Origin: an uncultured Candidatus Actinomarina sp.
Lineage (GTDB): Bacteria; Actinomycetota; Acidimicrobiia; Actinomarinales; Actinomarinaceae
Length of the DNA: 64,000 nucleotides
Assembly (NCBI GenBank): GCA_902565645.1
Contig: CACFFJ010000003.1
Span: 41,969 to 105,968 of the forward strand
Direction: 5' to 3'
A program made the translations under genes and the position numbers. Shown piece after piece: positions 1 through 10,682 of the stretch (positions are counted from its first letter, which is position 1; the number at the start of each line of letters is the position of its first letter). A model generated the notes under the pieces. The model had not been told where the DNA came from and did no database searches. It saw only the letters and a list, made by a program, of their open reading frames with translations.

Positions 1-365
1 ATTACAAATAACGAAATATCTATTTTTTTAAAAATTTTGACGACTATTAATAAAGGTAGAGCTGATAAACCTATTGTTTCATTGACTAAAAATAAATAAT
101 CTGAATTAAATATAGCTTTTAAATTTTTAATGCTTAATAGTTTTGACGAATTCAAAGGCAAACTAAGAAATTTATTAAATATTTTGTCAATAAATGAAAT
201 TCCTTTTGTTACTAAATTTAAATTTTCATTTAACTCTATAACTTTTAGCTCAAATTCACTTTTATTAAATTTTGTAAGTCCATAGTAAAATTCTTGTGCT
301 TGGATATTATTAGATAGAAAATTTTTCTTCCTGCCTTTAGCAAAGATATAGGTAACTGTCTTCAT
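1..365 (-). CDS. hypothetical protein, N-terminal part only (gene runs off the left edge); possibly a glycosyltransferase
   Basis: My own minus-strand translation from the ATG at 365..363 (MKTVTYIFAKGRKKNFLSNNIQAQEFYYGLTKFNKSEFELKVIELNENL...) stays open to base 1. It is absent from the ORF track because there is no stop in the window. The function is guessed from context only. Confidence 0.4.
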   Translation of the reverse strand, partial: MKTVTYIFAKGRKKNFLSNNIQAQEFYYGLTKFNKSEFELKVIELNENLNLVTKGISFIDKIFNKFLSLPLNSSKLLSIKNLKAIFNSDYLFLVNETIGLSALPLLIVVKIFKKIDISLFV

Positions 366-438
366 GATTTTATATAAGTAGAATATACATATTTATTCTT
401 TATTAACTTATTAAATTAAAATTAACTAAAATAAAAAT

Positions 439-1566
439 GTGAATGTTGCGTTATTCCTAACATATGGCTATTCAATAAAAACCTGGAAAGACTCTGGAAC
501 ACTTGATAGAGAAATTTCAATATATAAAAATTTAAACAAAGTAAAAAATGTACAATTTTACATAATTAGTTATGGTAACGCTAGTGATGAAGCGCTAGTA
601 AGCAACGAAGATGGTATTAAAGTTCTGCCTATTTACAAATATTTTAATAAAAGTAAATATAGATTTGTTAATTTAATAAGATCGTTCAGCATTCCCAAAT
701 TAGTAAAAAATAATTTAAATGAAATATCTATCGTGCAGCAACACCAACTACATGGTTGTTGGGTTTCAATTCTTTATAGTTTCTTAATTAGAAAACCATA
801 TTATTTAAGAACCGGATATGATATGTATTTATTTTCTATACAAGAAAGAAAAAGTTTTCTGATACGAAGTGCCTACAAGTTACTAACAAATTTAGGTTTA
901 AGATTTTCAAATATTTATAGTGTGACAAATAAATCAGATTTAGCTTTTCTAACTAATAAATATACTAAACATTCTAATAAATTAAAGCTCCGACCTAATT
1001 TTGTTGAGGTAAATTATTCAGATTTTAATAAAAGAGATAATAATAAAATCTTATGTGTTGGTAGGATCGAAGAACAAAAAAACTTTGGGCTTTTAATTAA
1101 AGAATTTCAAAATACTGCTGATAAATTAGAAATTGATTTAGTTGGAGAAGGAAGCTTGAAAAATGATTTATCAAAAAGTGCACTCAAAAATAAGGTAAAA
1201 ATCAATTTTCTTGGAATGAAAAATAATAATGAATTATTAAAAATGTATACAAATTACAAGTTTTTTATAACAACCTCTAAGTTTGAAGGAAATCCAAAAA
1301 CATTGCTTGAGGCAATGGCTTCAGGGTGTGTTGTTTTTGCTAGTGATATACCAAACCATGAAGAATTAATAAAAAATGAAATTGATGGTTTTCTTTTTTC
1401 GCTAATAAATCCGGAGTTGCAAAAACTATTTTTTAAAGTTAAAAATCAAAGTAGTGCTTTAAATAAAATAAGCAATAATGCAATAAAAAAAGTTGATATA
1501 CATAATAACTTGAACAATTTAGTTGAAAACACGTTTAAAGATTATGAATTAATTCTGAATAAATAA
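439..1566 (+). CDS. glycosyltransferase, GT-B fold (family 4-like)
   Basis: 375-aa ORF with a GTG start. The C-terminal half carries the GT1/GT4-type motif TSKFEGNPKTLLEAMASGCVVFASDIPNHEELI. Confidence 0.8.
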   Translation: MNVALFLTYGYSIKTWKDSGTLDREISIYKNLNKVKNVQFYIISYGNASDEALVSNEDGIKVLPIYKYFNKSKYRFVNLIRSFSIPKLVKNNLNEISIVQQHQLHGCWVSILYSFLIRKPYYLRTGYDMYLFSIQERKSFLIRSAYKLLTNLGLRFSNIYSVTNKSDLAFLTNKYTKHSNKLKLRPNFVEVNYSDFNKRDNNKILCVGRIEEQKNFGLLIKEFQNTADKLEIDLVGEGSLKNDLSKSALKNKVKINFLGMKNNNELLKMYTNYKFFITTSKFEGNPKTLLEAMASGCVVFASDIPNHEELIKNEIDGFLFSLINPELQKLFFKVKNQSSALNKISNNAIKKVDIHNNLNNLVENTFKDYELILNK

Positions 1567-3338
1567 TTTTCAAGTACAAATAACTTCCAGATTCTCTGTG
1601 CATTTATTCTTGATTTATTTATTGAAAGTGTATTAATTACTTCAGGATTCATATTTTTAACAAACGTACCATTATTAATGGACTCTTTAATTAACTCGAT
1701 ATTTTCAAATACCCATGTTTCAATATCAAATACAAACCCTTGTTTTTTTCTTGTAACAAACTTGGGTCCAAAATCATCCAGTAAGTAATCACTTAAAATT
1801 TTCTTAGGATTAGTTGGTGAAAAATAATTATTAGTATGGGAAAGAATATATTCAATTAATAAATGGTCAACAAAAGGTGACCTTACTTCAAGTGAGTTTG
1901 CCATTGAAGTTCTATCTACTTTGAACATCATCATCTCAGATAGAAAAAATTTGTATTCAATTAATTGAAGAAGTTTATAATTATCATCGATTGAATAATC
2001 TTTAAAAAGAGTACCAATTTTACTTTCAAAAAAATTGGACTTTAATAATTTTAATAATTTGTTATCTTCCAAATATGATTTATATCTAGTCTCTAAATCA
2101 TCAGATTTGGAGGAGAAAATATTTCCAGTTCCTAAAAAAGGTGGGTATACATCATATAGTTTTGAAAATAACATTTTAAATTTATTTGAATTAATCAAAC
2201 TATTCTGAAATCTCTTATATCCTCCTAATAATTCATCTCCACCATCACCTGATATTGCAACTTTATATTTTTTTGACATCTCTTTACAAATTAGATATGA
2301 AGGAATTAAAGATGGATCTGAGTAAGGTTCGTCTAATGACTCCAGTGCAAATAATACATTTTCTATTGAAATGTTTGATGATAGTTTAATGGAAGCATGA
2401 TTTGTTTCATATTTCTCAGATACTAATTTTGCCCAATATGATTCATCATATTTTTTACTATCTATTTCAACATTAAATGTATTTATATTTGTATTGAAGT
2501 TTGTTGTGTTTTTTATTATTGATGTAGAGTCAAGACCACCTGATAAAAAATTAGCAATAGGTACATCTGCTGAATTTCTAACTGATATTGCATCACTTAA
2601 TATAGAAAAAAACTCATCATTTTGAAAAGGCTTACTGTCTACAAAGCTAGATATATCCCAAAATAATTCATTATCTTTTTTCTTTAAATTATTTTCATAA
2701 CTAATTTCAATTAACTCTGAGGGTTTTAATTTTTTTATATTTTCAAAGATTGTGTCTGGAGAACTAATTACACCATTCATTAAATATTCATTGATTGAAC
2801 CTTGAGAAATAGTTTTATTCTTTACCAATTTTGAAACTGCAATTAAGTTAGAACCAAACACTAAGGTATTGTTTGAAATGTGATAATAGAGAGGCTTCTG
2901 CCCAACTCTATCTCTTGCTAGCAAAATATTTCTTTTTCTTTTATCTACATAAAAAATTGAAAACTGGCCCCTTAATTTTGATATGAATTTTTTCCCATAA
3001 TATTCAAGGCCTTTTAAAACAACTTCCGAGTCTGAATGGCTTGTGTGGAATTTTATATTTTTTGCTTCAAGTTCTTTTCTTAATTGTAGATGATTATATA
3101 TCTCACCATTAAACATAAGTATTGAATTACCACCATTTGAACTCATAGGCTGGTCAGCGCTTTCAGATAAATCTAAAATAGACAATCTGTTAAATATTAG
3201 AGAGAAACTTAGTTCATTTTCTTCAAAAAATTCATATTTTTTTGAATCTGGGCCTCTGCAGTGTATCAGTTCATTTGCAATTTCTAATTCTTCTTTATTA
3301 ATACTCTCTAAAGAAATTTTACCGATAAATCCGCACAT
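1542..3338 (-). CDS. asparagine synthase (glutamine-hydrolysing) family amidotransferase
   Basis: 598 aa. The N-terminus is MCGFIG (Cys2 nucleophile of class II Gln amidotransferases). An SGGLDS PP-loop motif is present (FLSGGLDSTSII). Location in a glycan cluster suggests sugar amidation rather than Asn synthesis (inference). Confidence 0.85.
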   Translation of the reverse strand: MCGFIGKISLESINKEELEIANELIHCRGPDSKKYEFFEENELSFSLIFNRLSILDLSESADQPMSSNGGNSILMFNGEIYNHLQLRKELEAKNIKFHTSHSDSEVVLKGLEYYGKKFISKLRGQFSIFYVDKRKRNILLARDRVGQKPLYYHISNNTLVFGSNLIAVSKLVKNKTISQGSINEYLMNGVISSPDTIFENIKKLKPSELIEISYENNLKKKDNELFWDISSFVDSKPFQNDEFFSILSDAISVRNSADVPIANFLSGGLDSTSIIKNTTNFNTNINTFNVEIDSKKYDESYWAKLVSEKYETNHASIKLSSNISIENVLFALESLDEPYSDPSLIPSYLICKEMSKKYKVAISGDGGDELLGGYKRFQNSLINSNKFKMLFSKLYDVYPPFLGTGNIFSSKSDDLETRYKSYLEDNKLLKLLKSNFFESKIGTLFKDYSIDDNYKLLQLIEYKFFLSEMMMFKVDRTSMANSLEVRSPFVDHLLIEYILSHTNNYFSPTNPKKILSDYLLDDFGPKFVTRKKQGFVFDIETWVFENIELIKESINNGTFVKNMNPEVINTLSINKSRINAQRIWKLFVLENYLFRINS

Positions 3339-3388
3339 ATTTAATATTATATATTTAAATAAATATGATATTTAAACTTTAATTTAAT

Positions 3389-4330
3389 ATGAAAAGTAAT
3401 TTTGAATACAATTTTGTTTATTGTTTTGATAGCAATTATAATTTACAAGCGTTTACTTCAATTTATTCCTTACTAAAAAATATTAAAACTAAAATAAATA
3501 TTCATATAGTTCATGAAAACAAAAACCTAAGAGAGGTAATACCAAGCATAATTTTGTCTAATGAAAATCTTGAAAACTTAATTATCTATGAATTTCAAAA
3601 TTCAAATATTGATTTTCCTAATATTAAGGGAACACATGTTAGTGATGCTACTTACTTTAGATTGTTTATTCAAGACTATGTTGATAACCAAATTGAAAAC
3701 TTAATATATATAGATGCCGATACATTGTTTTTAAATAACCCTACAAACTCTATAAAAAATAACTTTGAAAAACTATTAAGTGATGGAAACTATGTTGCCG
3801 CAAATACCGAATTTTACCTAACTGAAGAAAATGAAAAAGCAAAGAGATTGAAAATTGATAAGTCATACTTTAATGCTGGAGTATTGTTGATTAACTTTAA
3901 ACGGTGGGTCGATGATGAATTAACAAAGAAATTGGTTAACCATTTAGATTTGATTAAAAATGATGTTGTAGAGTGGGATCAGGATGTTTTAAACTCCTAT
4001 TTTAATGGTAATTATACGGAGTTAGATAAGAGGCTTAATTTTAATTCAAATCAAATAACTAAAAACTTAATAGATGCTGGAAAAATAGATTTAATACACT
4101 TTATCGGAAGTAAAAAACCATGGACATTAGATGGGATATTTAACATCACATCTAAATACTATCATTCTTACTACTCTGAAATTTTTAATTCAAAATACCA
4201 TTTAATCCATGCATGGAGAAAGCGTTCAATCTTAATTTATATCAAGAGCATAGTAAATCTTAATTTATTTCGATTTGTCAGGCCTTGGGTTTTTACTAAA
4301 GAATTTATTAAATCTCTTTTTAAAAGTTAA
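3389..4330 (+). CDS. glycosyltransferase family 8 (RfaJ/LgtC-like)
   Basis: 313 aa with IYIDADTLFLN (DxD), YFNAGVLLINFKRW and WDQDVLNSYF motifs typical of GT8. Confidence 0.75.
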   Translation: MKSNFEYNFVYCFDSNYNLQAFTSIYSLLKNIKTKINIHIVHENKNLREVIPSIILSNENLENLIIYEFQNSNIDFPNIKGTHVSDATYFRLFIQDYVDNQIENLIYIDADTLFLNNPTNSIKNNFEKLLSDGNYVAANTEFYLTEENEKAKRLKIDKSYFNAGVLLINFKRWVDDELTKKLVNHLDLIKNDVVEWDQDVLNSYFNGNYTELDKRLNFNSNQITKNLIDAGKIDLIHFIGSKKPWTLDGIFNITSKYYHSYYSEIFNSKYHLIHAWRKRSILIYIKSIVNLNLFRFVRPWVFTKEFIKSLFKS

Positions 4331-4380
4331 GAATATAAAAAATATATATAATTAAACTTTACTTATATATAGGAACATTC

Positions 4381-5298
4381 TTGAGAATTATAATTTTTGG
4401 TAGCGGTGGGTTAGTTGGTTCTTCTCTAAATAGAGTTTTGAGTAGTCAAGATTATATCTCTGAATTACTACCTTCGACTAGAAATGATACTGACTTGTTT
4501 GATTTTCAAAATACAAAACAGACTATAGAAAAATTTGAGCCTGATCTGATAATTAACGCAGCAGCTAAAGTAGGTGGAATTCTTGCTAACAACTCATTTA
4601 GAACTCAATTTATATTAGAAAACTTAAAAATAAATATCAATATTTTGGAGTCAATAGAGAATGAGCCAAAGATAAAGCTTATTAATCTTGGAAGTAGTTG
4701 CATATATCCCTTAAATGCAAAAAATCCAATTGATGAAACGGAATTGATGAATGGAAAATTAGAACCCACAAATTCCCCTTATGCTATGGCTAAATTAACT
4801 GCTATCGAAATAGGCGATGCACTAAAAGAACAATATGGTCATAAAATACTAAACATCATGCCAACAAATTTATATGGGCCAAATGATAATTTTTCACATG
4901 AATCTAGCCATGTTATCCCAGGCTTAATTGCAAGAATCAATGAAGCAAAACAGAATAATGAAGAATCTTTTAATATTTGGGGTACCGGTAAACCGTTAAG
5001 AGAGTTTTTATATGTCGATGATCTCTCTTATGCGATTGATTTCTTCATTAGAAATGATATATTTGAAGGTTTATATAACGTAGGCTCAGGAGAAGAAATT
5101 TCTATATTTAACCTTGTAGAAAAAATTAAAAAAATTGTTTCATATAATGGGGATCTCAGTTTTGATCCATCTAAACCGGATGGCAATCCAAGAAAATTGC
5201 TTAATTCATCAAAAATATTTGAACTTGGTTGGAAGCCAAAAATTTCATTAGATGAGGGTCTTAAAAATACATATGAGTGGTATTTGAAAAATATTTAA
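4381..5298 (+). CDS. fcl: GDP-L-fucose synthase (GDP-4-keto-6-deoxymannose 3,5-epimerase/4-reductase)
   Basis: 305 aa with a TTG start. It has the Rossmann motif IIIFGSGGLVGSSL and the SDR catalytic SPYAMAKL (YxxxK). Length and overall pattern fit Fcl/WcaG. It lies convergent with gmd. Confidence 0.85.
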   Translation: MRIIIFGSGGLVGSSLNRVLSSQDYISELLPSTRNDTDLFDFQNTKQTIEKFEPDLIINAAAKVGGILANNSFRTQFILENLKININILESIENEPKIKLINLGSSCIYPLNAKNPIDETELMNGKLEPTNSPYAMAKLTAIEIGDALKEQYGHKILNIMPTNLYGPNDNFSHESSHVIPGLIARINEAKQNNEESFNIWGTGKPLREFLYVDDLSYAIDFFIRNDIFEGLYNVGSGEEISIFNLVEKIKKIVSYNGDLSFDPSKPDGNPRKLLNSSKIFELGWKPKISLDEGLKNTYEWYLKNI

Positions 5299-5309
5299 AT
5301 ATTTTTATT

Positions 5310-6338
5310 CTAATTTGAATGTTCCCATGAAGGCTTTAGTAAATTATTATCAATTAGAACTTTCTCTTTTTCTGCTAATTTAATGTCCTCTTCTACCATC
5401 ATTTTTACTAAATCTTTAAAAGAAGTTTTAGGTTCCCAACCTAATTCTTTTTTTACCTTACTAGGATCTCCAAGTAAATGATGGACTTCATTAGGTCTTT
5501 CATGCTTCTCAGAGTACTCAACATAATCCTCCCAATTTAATCCGACTATTTTAAAAGCTTCATCTGCAAATTCTTTAACAGTGTGTGTTTCTCCAGTTGC
5601 GAGAACCCAATCATCAGGTTTTGTATGTTGAAGCATTTTATACATACCATATGTATAATCACCAGCAAAACCCCAATCTCTTGAGGCATCAAGATTGCCT
5701 AGTGTTACTTTTTTCTGTATATTTTGATAAATTCTTCCAACAGCTCTGGATATCTTTCTAGTAACAAATGTCTCTCCTCTAAGTGGTGATTCGTGATTAA
5801 ATAGTATTCCATTTACTGCAAAAATGTCATAAGACTCTCTGTAAATTTTTGTTACATTATGAGAAAAAACTTTCGCAGCAGCATAAGGGCTTTTTGGATA
5901 AAAGGTTGAATCTTCATTAAGGGATTCTCCCGTAACACCTCCAAACATTTCAGAGGATGATGCTTGATAAAATTTAATATTTTTTTCAGTATTTCTTATT
6001 GTTTCTAAAATAGTTACAGTTCCTATTGTTCCAGTTTGAGTTGTATAAATTGGATTCTTAAATGAGACTGCAACATGTGATTGGGCAGCTAAATTATAAA
6101 CTTCATCAGGAAGGAGTTTGTTTATTAAGTTTGTCAAAGAAGAAGAATCTGTCAAATCAGAATAATGCAAATTAAGTTGTCCGGAAGGAAGGTATTCCGA
6201 AATTAGTGGATCTATTCTGTTGGTGTTTATATTTGAACTTCGTCTAATTAAACCATGAACTTCATAATTTCTTTCTAATAACAATTTAGATAAATAAAAT
6301 CCGTCTTGACCTGTAATCCCTGTTATTAGTGCTTTCAA
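5310..6338 (-). CDS. gmd: GDP-mannose 4,6-dehydratase
   Basis: 342 aa with ALITGITGQDGFYLSKLLL, NLAAQSHVAVSF, QASSSEMFG, SPYAAAKV and LFNHESPLRG, the classic Gmd signature. Confidence 0.9.
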   Translation of the reverse strand: MKALITGITGQDGFYLSKLLLERNYEVHGLIRRSSNINTNRIDPLISEYLPSGQLNLHYSDLTDSSSLTNLINKLLPDEVYNLAAQSHVAVSFKNPIYTTQTGTIGTVTILETIRNTEKNIKFYQASSSEMFGGVTGESLNEDSTFYPKSPYAAAKVFSHNVTKIYRESYDIFAVNGILFNHESPLRGETFVTRKISRAVGRIYQNIQKKVTLGNLDASRDWGFAGDYTYGMYKMLQHTKPDDWVLATGETHTVKEFADEAFKIVGLNWEDYVEYSEKHERPNEVHHLLGDPSKVKKELGWEPKTSFKDLVKMMVEEDIKLAEKEKVLIDNNLLKPSWEHSN

Positions 6339-6341
6339 TTG

Positions 6342-7634
6342 TTATTTCCTTTTATTTGAATCAAATTCTATATTACTTAATAACATTCCAATAACAAGGA
6401 AAAAAATAAAGGGAAAGCTTGGTGATTCCATTGATGAGTCAAACATTGAGACTATGAGAAAGGGGGATATGCAACTTAGTTTCTCCAACGTTTTCATATT
6501 GCTACTAGCTAATAAAACCCTTCTGTAAAATAAGAAAAACAATAGTAAATGAATCAGCCCTCCTCTTGCGTATATATTAATTAAATAATTATGAACATTT
6601 TCATTGGTTCCATCCATGCCTTGGTATGAAGGATTATTCATTGCATTTATTTTTTGAGAATAATTGGCACCCTTCAAAAAATTAAAATTACTATTAGAAT
6701 CTTCCAATACGTCTTGCCAAATTTGAAGCCTCCAATTAATGTTTCCGTCAGATGAATATATTCTGTTATTAACAAATGAAAATCTGATTTTATCTGGATT
6801 TGTATTTTTAACAGACAAGATATTTTCAACTACTGCTATTTGTCCTTCTTTTTCTATTTGCTCATCTTCAACAATTACATAGCTAGTCCCTAAAAACATT
6901 AAAGTACTTAGAGAAAAAACAATAAGCGTCTTAGCTTTAGTTTTAGATAATTTATTTAAATGAATAAATAGTTCAAAAGTCAAAAAAATAATGCAGGCCA
7001 ACGCTGACCCTCTGCTCATAACTAAAAAAATTGGTAAAAACAAAGCTGTGATTAGTAAAAAATAATAAATGTTGTTTTTGGAGTCAAAATAATAGTTGTT
7101 AAGAATCATAATCACTAAGTAAGCTAATAGTATTTCTGAGGCTTTTAAGAACTGAAATTTATCTGAATACACTTCGAAAAAACTTTTTAGGAAAGCTGGA
7201 TAATGAACAACTGATATTATGTAAATTACAAATAGTAGGAAATAAAAAAATCTTATATGATTTATGTTTAGTTTTAAATTTTTAAAAATTATTTTTCCTA
7301 ACAATATAAAAGAGGCCGTCCAAATATATAGACTTGACTTATAGACATATGGATCTAAGAGGTTATCTCTATTTATAACTACAAAAATTAAAAAAGTAGA
7401 ATTTATTAATAAAAATAATTTATAAAAGTTTGAATCAAACTCAATTACAAATCTATCTTTATTGAAAATAAGATACAAAGTTAAAATAAAAGCAAATAAA
7501 ATTAATAGTTCTCCTACCCTATAGGAAAAAAGATATAAACCCATAAATGACCTTCCAAATAAAAGAGTTAATACAATAAATGTTCCGAAAATAGGTTTAA
7601 AAAATCTCATAAATTTTATATTTTGAATATTCAT
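6342..7634 (-). CDS. O-antigen ligase/polymerase family membrane protein (Wzy-like)
   Basis: 430 aa and polytopic. The motif LVMSRGSALACIIFL resembles the Wzy_C/O-antigen-ligase domain core, followed by a large loop. It lies in a glycan cluster. Confidence 0.6.
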   Translation of the reverse strand: MNIQNIKFMRFFKPIFGTFIVLTLLFGRSFMGLYLFSYRVGELLILFAFILTLYLIFNKDRFVIEFDSNFYKLFLLINSTFLIFVVINRDNLLDPYVYKSSLYIWTASFILLGKIIFKNLKLNINHIRFFYFLLFVIYIISVVHYPAFLKSFFEVYSDKFQFLKASEILLAYLVIMILNNYYFDSKNNIYYFLLITALFLPIFLVMSRGSALACIIFLTFELFIHLNKLSKTKAKTLIVFSLSTLMFLGTSYVIVEDEQIEKEGQIAVVENILSVKNTNPDKIRFSFVNNRIYSSDGNINWRLQIWQDVLEDSNSNFNFLKGANYSQKINAMNNPSYQGMDGTNENVHNYLINIYARGGLIHLLLFFLFYRRVLLASSNMKTLEKLSCISPFLIVSMFDSSMESPSFPFIFFLVIGMLLSNIEFDSNKRK

Positions 7635-7639
7635 AATAT

Positions 7640-8734
7640 CTATATCTTATTAAAAATTTTTAATAATATTTTGTAAAGTAAAACAAAGGTGTTGTATAGT
7701 TTCTTTTTTAATTTATTAAACATAAAACCATACAGCACTTTTGTTTTTGAGTAAGGTTTTCTCAATCCCAAAACTTCTTTTTTACTATTTTCTAGATATT
7801 TAAGATGGTCTATCAATATTTTAAAAGAATTTTTAAAATCATAATTATAATTTTCAAGTTCTTTAAAATAGAAAGAGTAGTTCTCTATAATTTCTTCTAG
7901 TTTATTTTCAAAATTCTCTACTTCAAAAGTTACTCCATAATTTTTGCAATATTCTGGAAGCCCACCACTATTAAGATGTAAGATTGGCAACCTAGATAGT
8001 CCTGCTTCCATGTGATGATTTCCAGAAGGTTCGTTAATCGAAGCTGTCACATAAATATGATGTTTTTTCAATTCTTCTGAAAGATCTTTTTTGTCCATTA
8101 CTGGTAAGACATTAGAATTAAAAAATTTGAAATTTTTTGGTAAATTGCCAATATATGTAAATTCAATTTTATTATTCCATTTTTTAGTAGAAATTAAATT
8201 GTCTAATGTTTTGTATATATCGAAACCCTTCATTATATTTGAACTCCAATGATGTGTAACTATTTTCAGTTTTTCTGAGCCATTCCATTTAACTTTTTCG
8301 AAATTATTAAAAACTGTTGAATCAGGACCGCCTAATAAAGTAATGTTTTCTTTACTCTCTATCCCTTGAGCCTCATAAAGACTTCTAAGCCACTCACTAA
8401 CAAAGATTCTCGAATCAATATTTTGACTTGCCTTTATTATTTCTTTATTAACAAAATTTGTATTTTTTCTTTCATCACATTCATTAATCCTGTGTAGCGT
8501 AATTGCTTTAGGATTAATAAATTTTAAATAGAAATCAATATCATAATTATCAAATGTGCTTGTTTCAGAATTCACTAAAGGATTGGTTAGAAGAATAAAA
8601 TCTAAATCTTTATCTTTTAAATCGTGTAGCACGGTATAGCCAAGCTCTTCAAAACTATTTTTCAAATTAAGTAAATATTCATTACCACCTCCGTAAGGTC
8701 CGTCGATAACTCTAGATCCGATACTAATTTTCAT
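7640..8734 (-). CDS. putative glycosyltransferase (GT-B-like)
   Basis: 364 aa. INEPSGNHHMEAGLSRLPILHLNSGGLPEY resembles the E-x7-E nucleotide-sugar binding region of GT4 enzymes, but the match is divergent. Confidence 0.55.
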   Translation of the reverse strand: MKISIGSRVIDGPYGGGNEYLLNLKNSFEELGYTVLHDLKDKDLDFILLTNPLVNSETSTFDNYDIDFYLKFINPKAITLHRINECDERKNTNFVNKEIIKASQNIDSRIFVSEWLRSLYEAQGIESKENITLLGGPDSTVFNNFEKVKWNGSEKLKIVTHHWSSNIMKGFDIYKTLDNLISTKKWNNKIEFTYIGNLPKNFKFFNSNVLPVMDKKDLSEELKKHHIYVTASINEPSGNHHMEAGLSRLPILHLNSGGLPEYCKNYGVTFEVENFENKLEEIIENYSFYFKELENYNYDFKNSFKILIDHLKYLENSKKEVLGLRKPYSKTKVLYGFMFNKLKKKLYNTFVLLYKILLKIFNKI

Positions 8735-9638
8735 ATAAGCTATTAAACATTGCGTTATATTTATTCATACCATCCGGTATGGTATATTTTTTTGAATTAA
8801 TGTAAGCATAATTTGTGTCAACATTCTTAAATTTAAAAGAATCTGGAGAAAAAATAGAATCTTGATGTAAAATCTTATCAGCTATCCCAACATCTGTTGA
8901 GAAAATTGGTGTCTTAGTTATACCGCACTCAAGTATTGCCTGCGGACCACCTTCAAGTCTAGATGTAACTAAATACAAATCTAGAACATTGTATAGTTTG
9001 TTTAACATATCATAGTCCACCATTTCAAAATACTCATATGGAATTTTGTTCTCTTCCAGATGATTGATAATATACTGTCTCCTCTTTCCAGCAAGTACTA
9101 CCTTTACATCTTTAATCTCATTATTTATTTTTTTTACAATGTCAACAAAAATATCTGGCCCCTTAATAAGCTTTGGTGACTCAAGATCGTGACCTTCTGT
9201 GTCTCTTTGGAAACTTCCAATTAAAAATTCCGACTCATTAAAATTCAGTGTTTTTCTTAATTTATTTTTTTCATGAATTTCATAATAAATATTTTGATTC
9301 ACCCAAAAAGGGATTGAAGTAATTTTTTTACTTGTTAGTTTCTTTAATTGTTCAATTGTCTTGTCTGAAATAACGTGGTACTCATCCACAAAATAGTCTA
9401 GAGAATAAAAGTCGTCATCATCAAAACTTTCAGCATCTATATGATATAAAGAACATATTACTTTTGCTCTCTTTAAGTGTTTTTTAGATATTTTTTTCCA
9501 AGTCCAAGGTGAGATAATCCAGATAATATCTGATTCTTTAATTTTTTCTGTGACTTGAGAGCTATTATTCTTAATCCATTCACTTCTAAATCTATCTACT
9601 ACCCAATTTTCATTGATTTTATTAAGAAATATTTTCAT
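8724..9638 (-). CDS. putative glycosyltransferase (GT1/GT4-like)
   Basis: 304 aa with VTSRLEGGPQAILECGITKTPIFSTDVG. It overlaps the downstream gene by 11 nt. Confidence 0.6.
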   Translation of the reverse strand: MKIFLNKINENWVVDRFRSEWIKNNSSQVTEKIKESDIIWIISPWTWKKISKKHLKRAKVICSLYHIDAESFDDDDFYSLDYFVDEYHVISDKTIEQLKKLTSKKITSIPFWVNQNIYYEIHEKNKLRKTLNFNESEFLIGSFQRDTEGHDLESPKLIKGPDIFVDIVKKINNEIKDVKVVLAGKRRQYIINHLEENKIPYEYFEMVDYDMLNKLYNVLDLYLVTSRLEGGPQAILECGITKTPIFSTDVGIADKILHQDSIFSPDSFKFKNVDTNYAYINSKKYTIPDGMNKYNAMFNSLYEN

Positions 9639-9701
9639 AAATTTGTCTCATTACATATAATAGAATTTTCCAATTAGTAAATTACTTAATTTAAACTTTA
9701 A

Positions 9702-10682
9702 TTGATGGAAAATATTTTAATAACAGGAATATCTGGGCAAGATGGGCTTTTTTTAACAGCAAAATTACTAAATGAAAATAACAAAATTAAAATATTTGGT
9801 ACATCTAGGAATCCCTCTAAAATTTTTTTTGATAAGCTTAATACATTAGTCGGTGAAAATAAATTTAGCAATGTTGAACTAATTAAAATAGATCTAAATA
9901 ATTTTTCTAATGTTCAAGAATTAATTAATAAGGTTGAACCATGTTCAGTGTACAACCTTTCCGGTCCAAGCTCTGTCTATAATTCACTTAAAGACAGTGA
10001 AAATACTTCGAGGCAAATACTAAATATATTTGATAATCTAACAGAAGCATTAATCAAGAATAATCAATTTCCAAATTTTTTCCAGGCATCTTCATCTGAA
10101 ATGTTTGGCAATATTTCTTCAACTTTTCTAGATGAAAGTTCAGAATTTAATCCAAACTCACCATACGCAGTTTCAAAATTAGAAAACCACTATAAAGCAC
10201 TAGAGCTAAATAAGAATTATAATTGGCCGATAAAATCAGGAATATTATTTAATCACGAATCAGAATTTAGAAACAAAGACTATTTAATAATGAAACTAAT
10301 TTCTTCTGCTTTCAAAATTCAAAAAGGGGAAATAAAATACTTAGAACTGGGGAGTCTTTCATACATTCGTGACTGGTCGTTTGCTGGTGACACCATAAAT
10401 GCCATCTATGAAATTACCAATAATGGATCCTTATCGCATTATGTTATTGGAACAGGAGTTGAAAAATCTATAGAAGATATGGCAAAAATAGTATTCTCAT
10501 ATTTTGATCTTGATTTAGATAACTATTTAAAAATCAATAAAAGTTTACTGAGAAAAGGTGATCCTGTAAGGGTTGTTTCAAACCCAAGCAAACTAAAGGA
10601 GGAGTTACTCTGGAAACCTAAATTAGAATTTGAAGATTTAATTTATCGATGTATAAAAAAAGGAATTAAGTACTTGGAGTAA
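9702..10682 (+). CDS. Gmd-like NDP-sugar 4,6-dehydratase paralog (extended SDR)
   Basis: 326 aa with ILITGISGQDGLFLTAKLL, QASSSEMFG, SPYAVSKL and LFNHESEFR. The Gmd AAQSHV segment is replaced by SGPSSV. Confidence 0.7.
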   Translation: MMENILITGISGQDGLFLTAKLLNENNKIKIFGTSRNPSKIFFDKLNTLVGENKFSNVELIKIDLNNFSNVQELINKVEPCSVYNLSGPSSVYNSLKDSENTSRQILNIFDNLTEALIKNNQFPNFFQASSSEMFGNISSTFLDESSEFNPNSPYAVSKLENHYKALELNKNYNWPIKSGILFNHESEFRNKDYLIMKLISSAFKIQKGEIKYLELGSLSYIRDWSFAGDTINAIYEITNNGSLSHYVIGTGVEKSIEDMAKIVFSYFDLDLDNYLKINKSLLRKGDPVRVVSNPSKLKEELLWKPKLEFEDLIYRCIKKGIKYLE

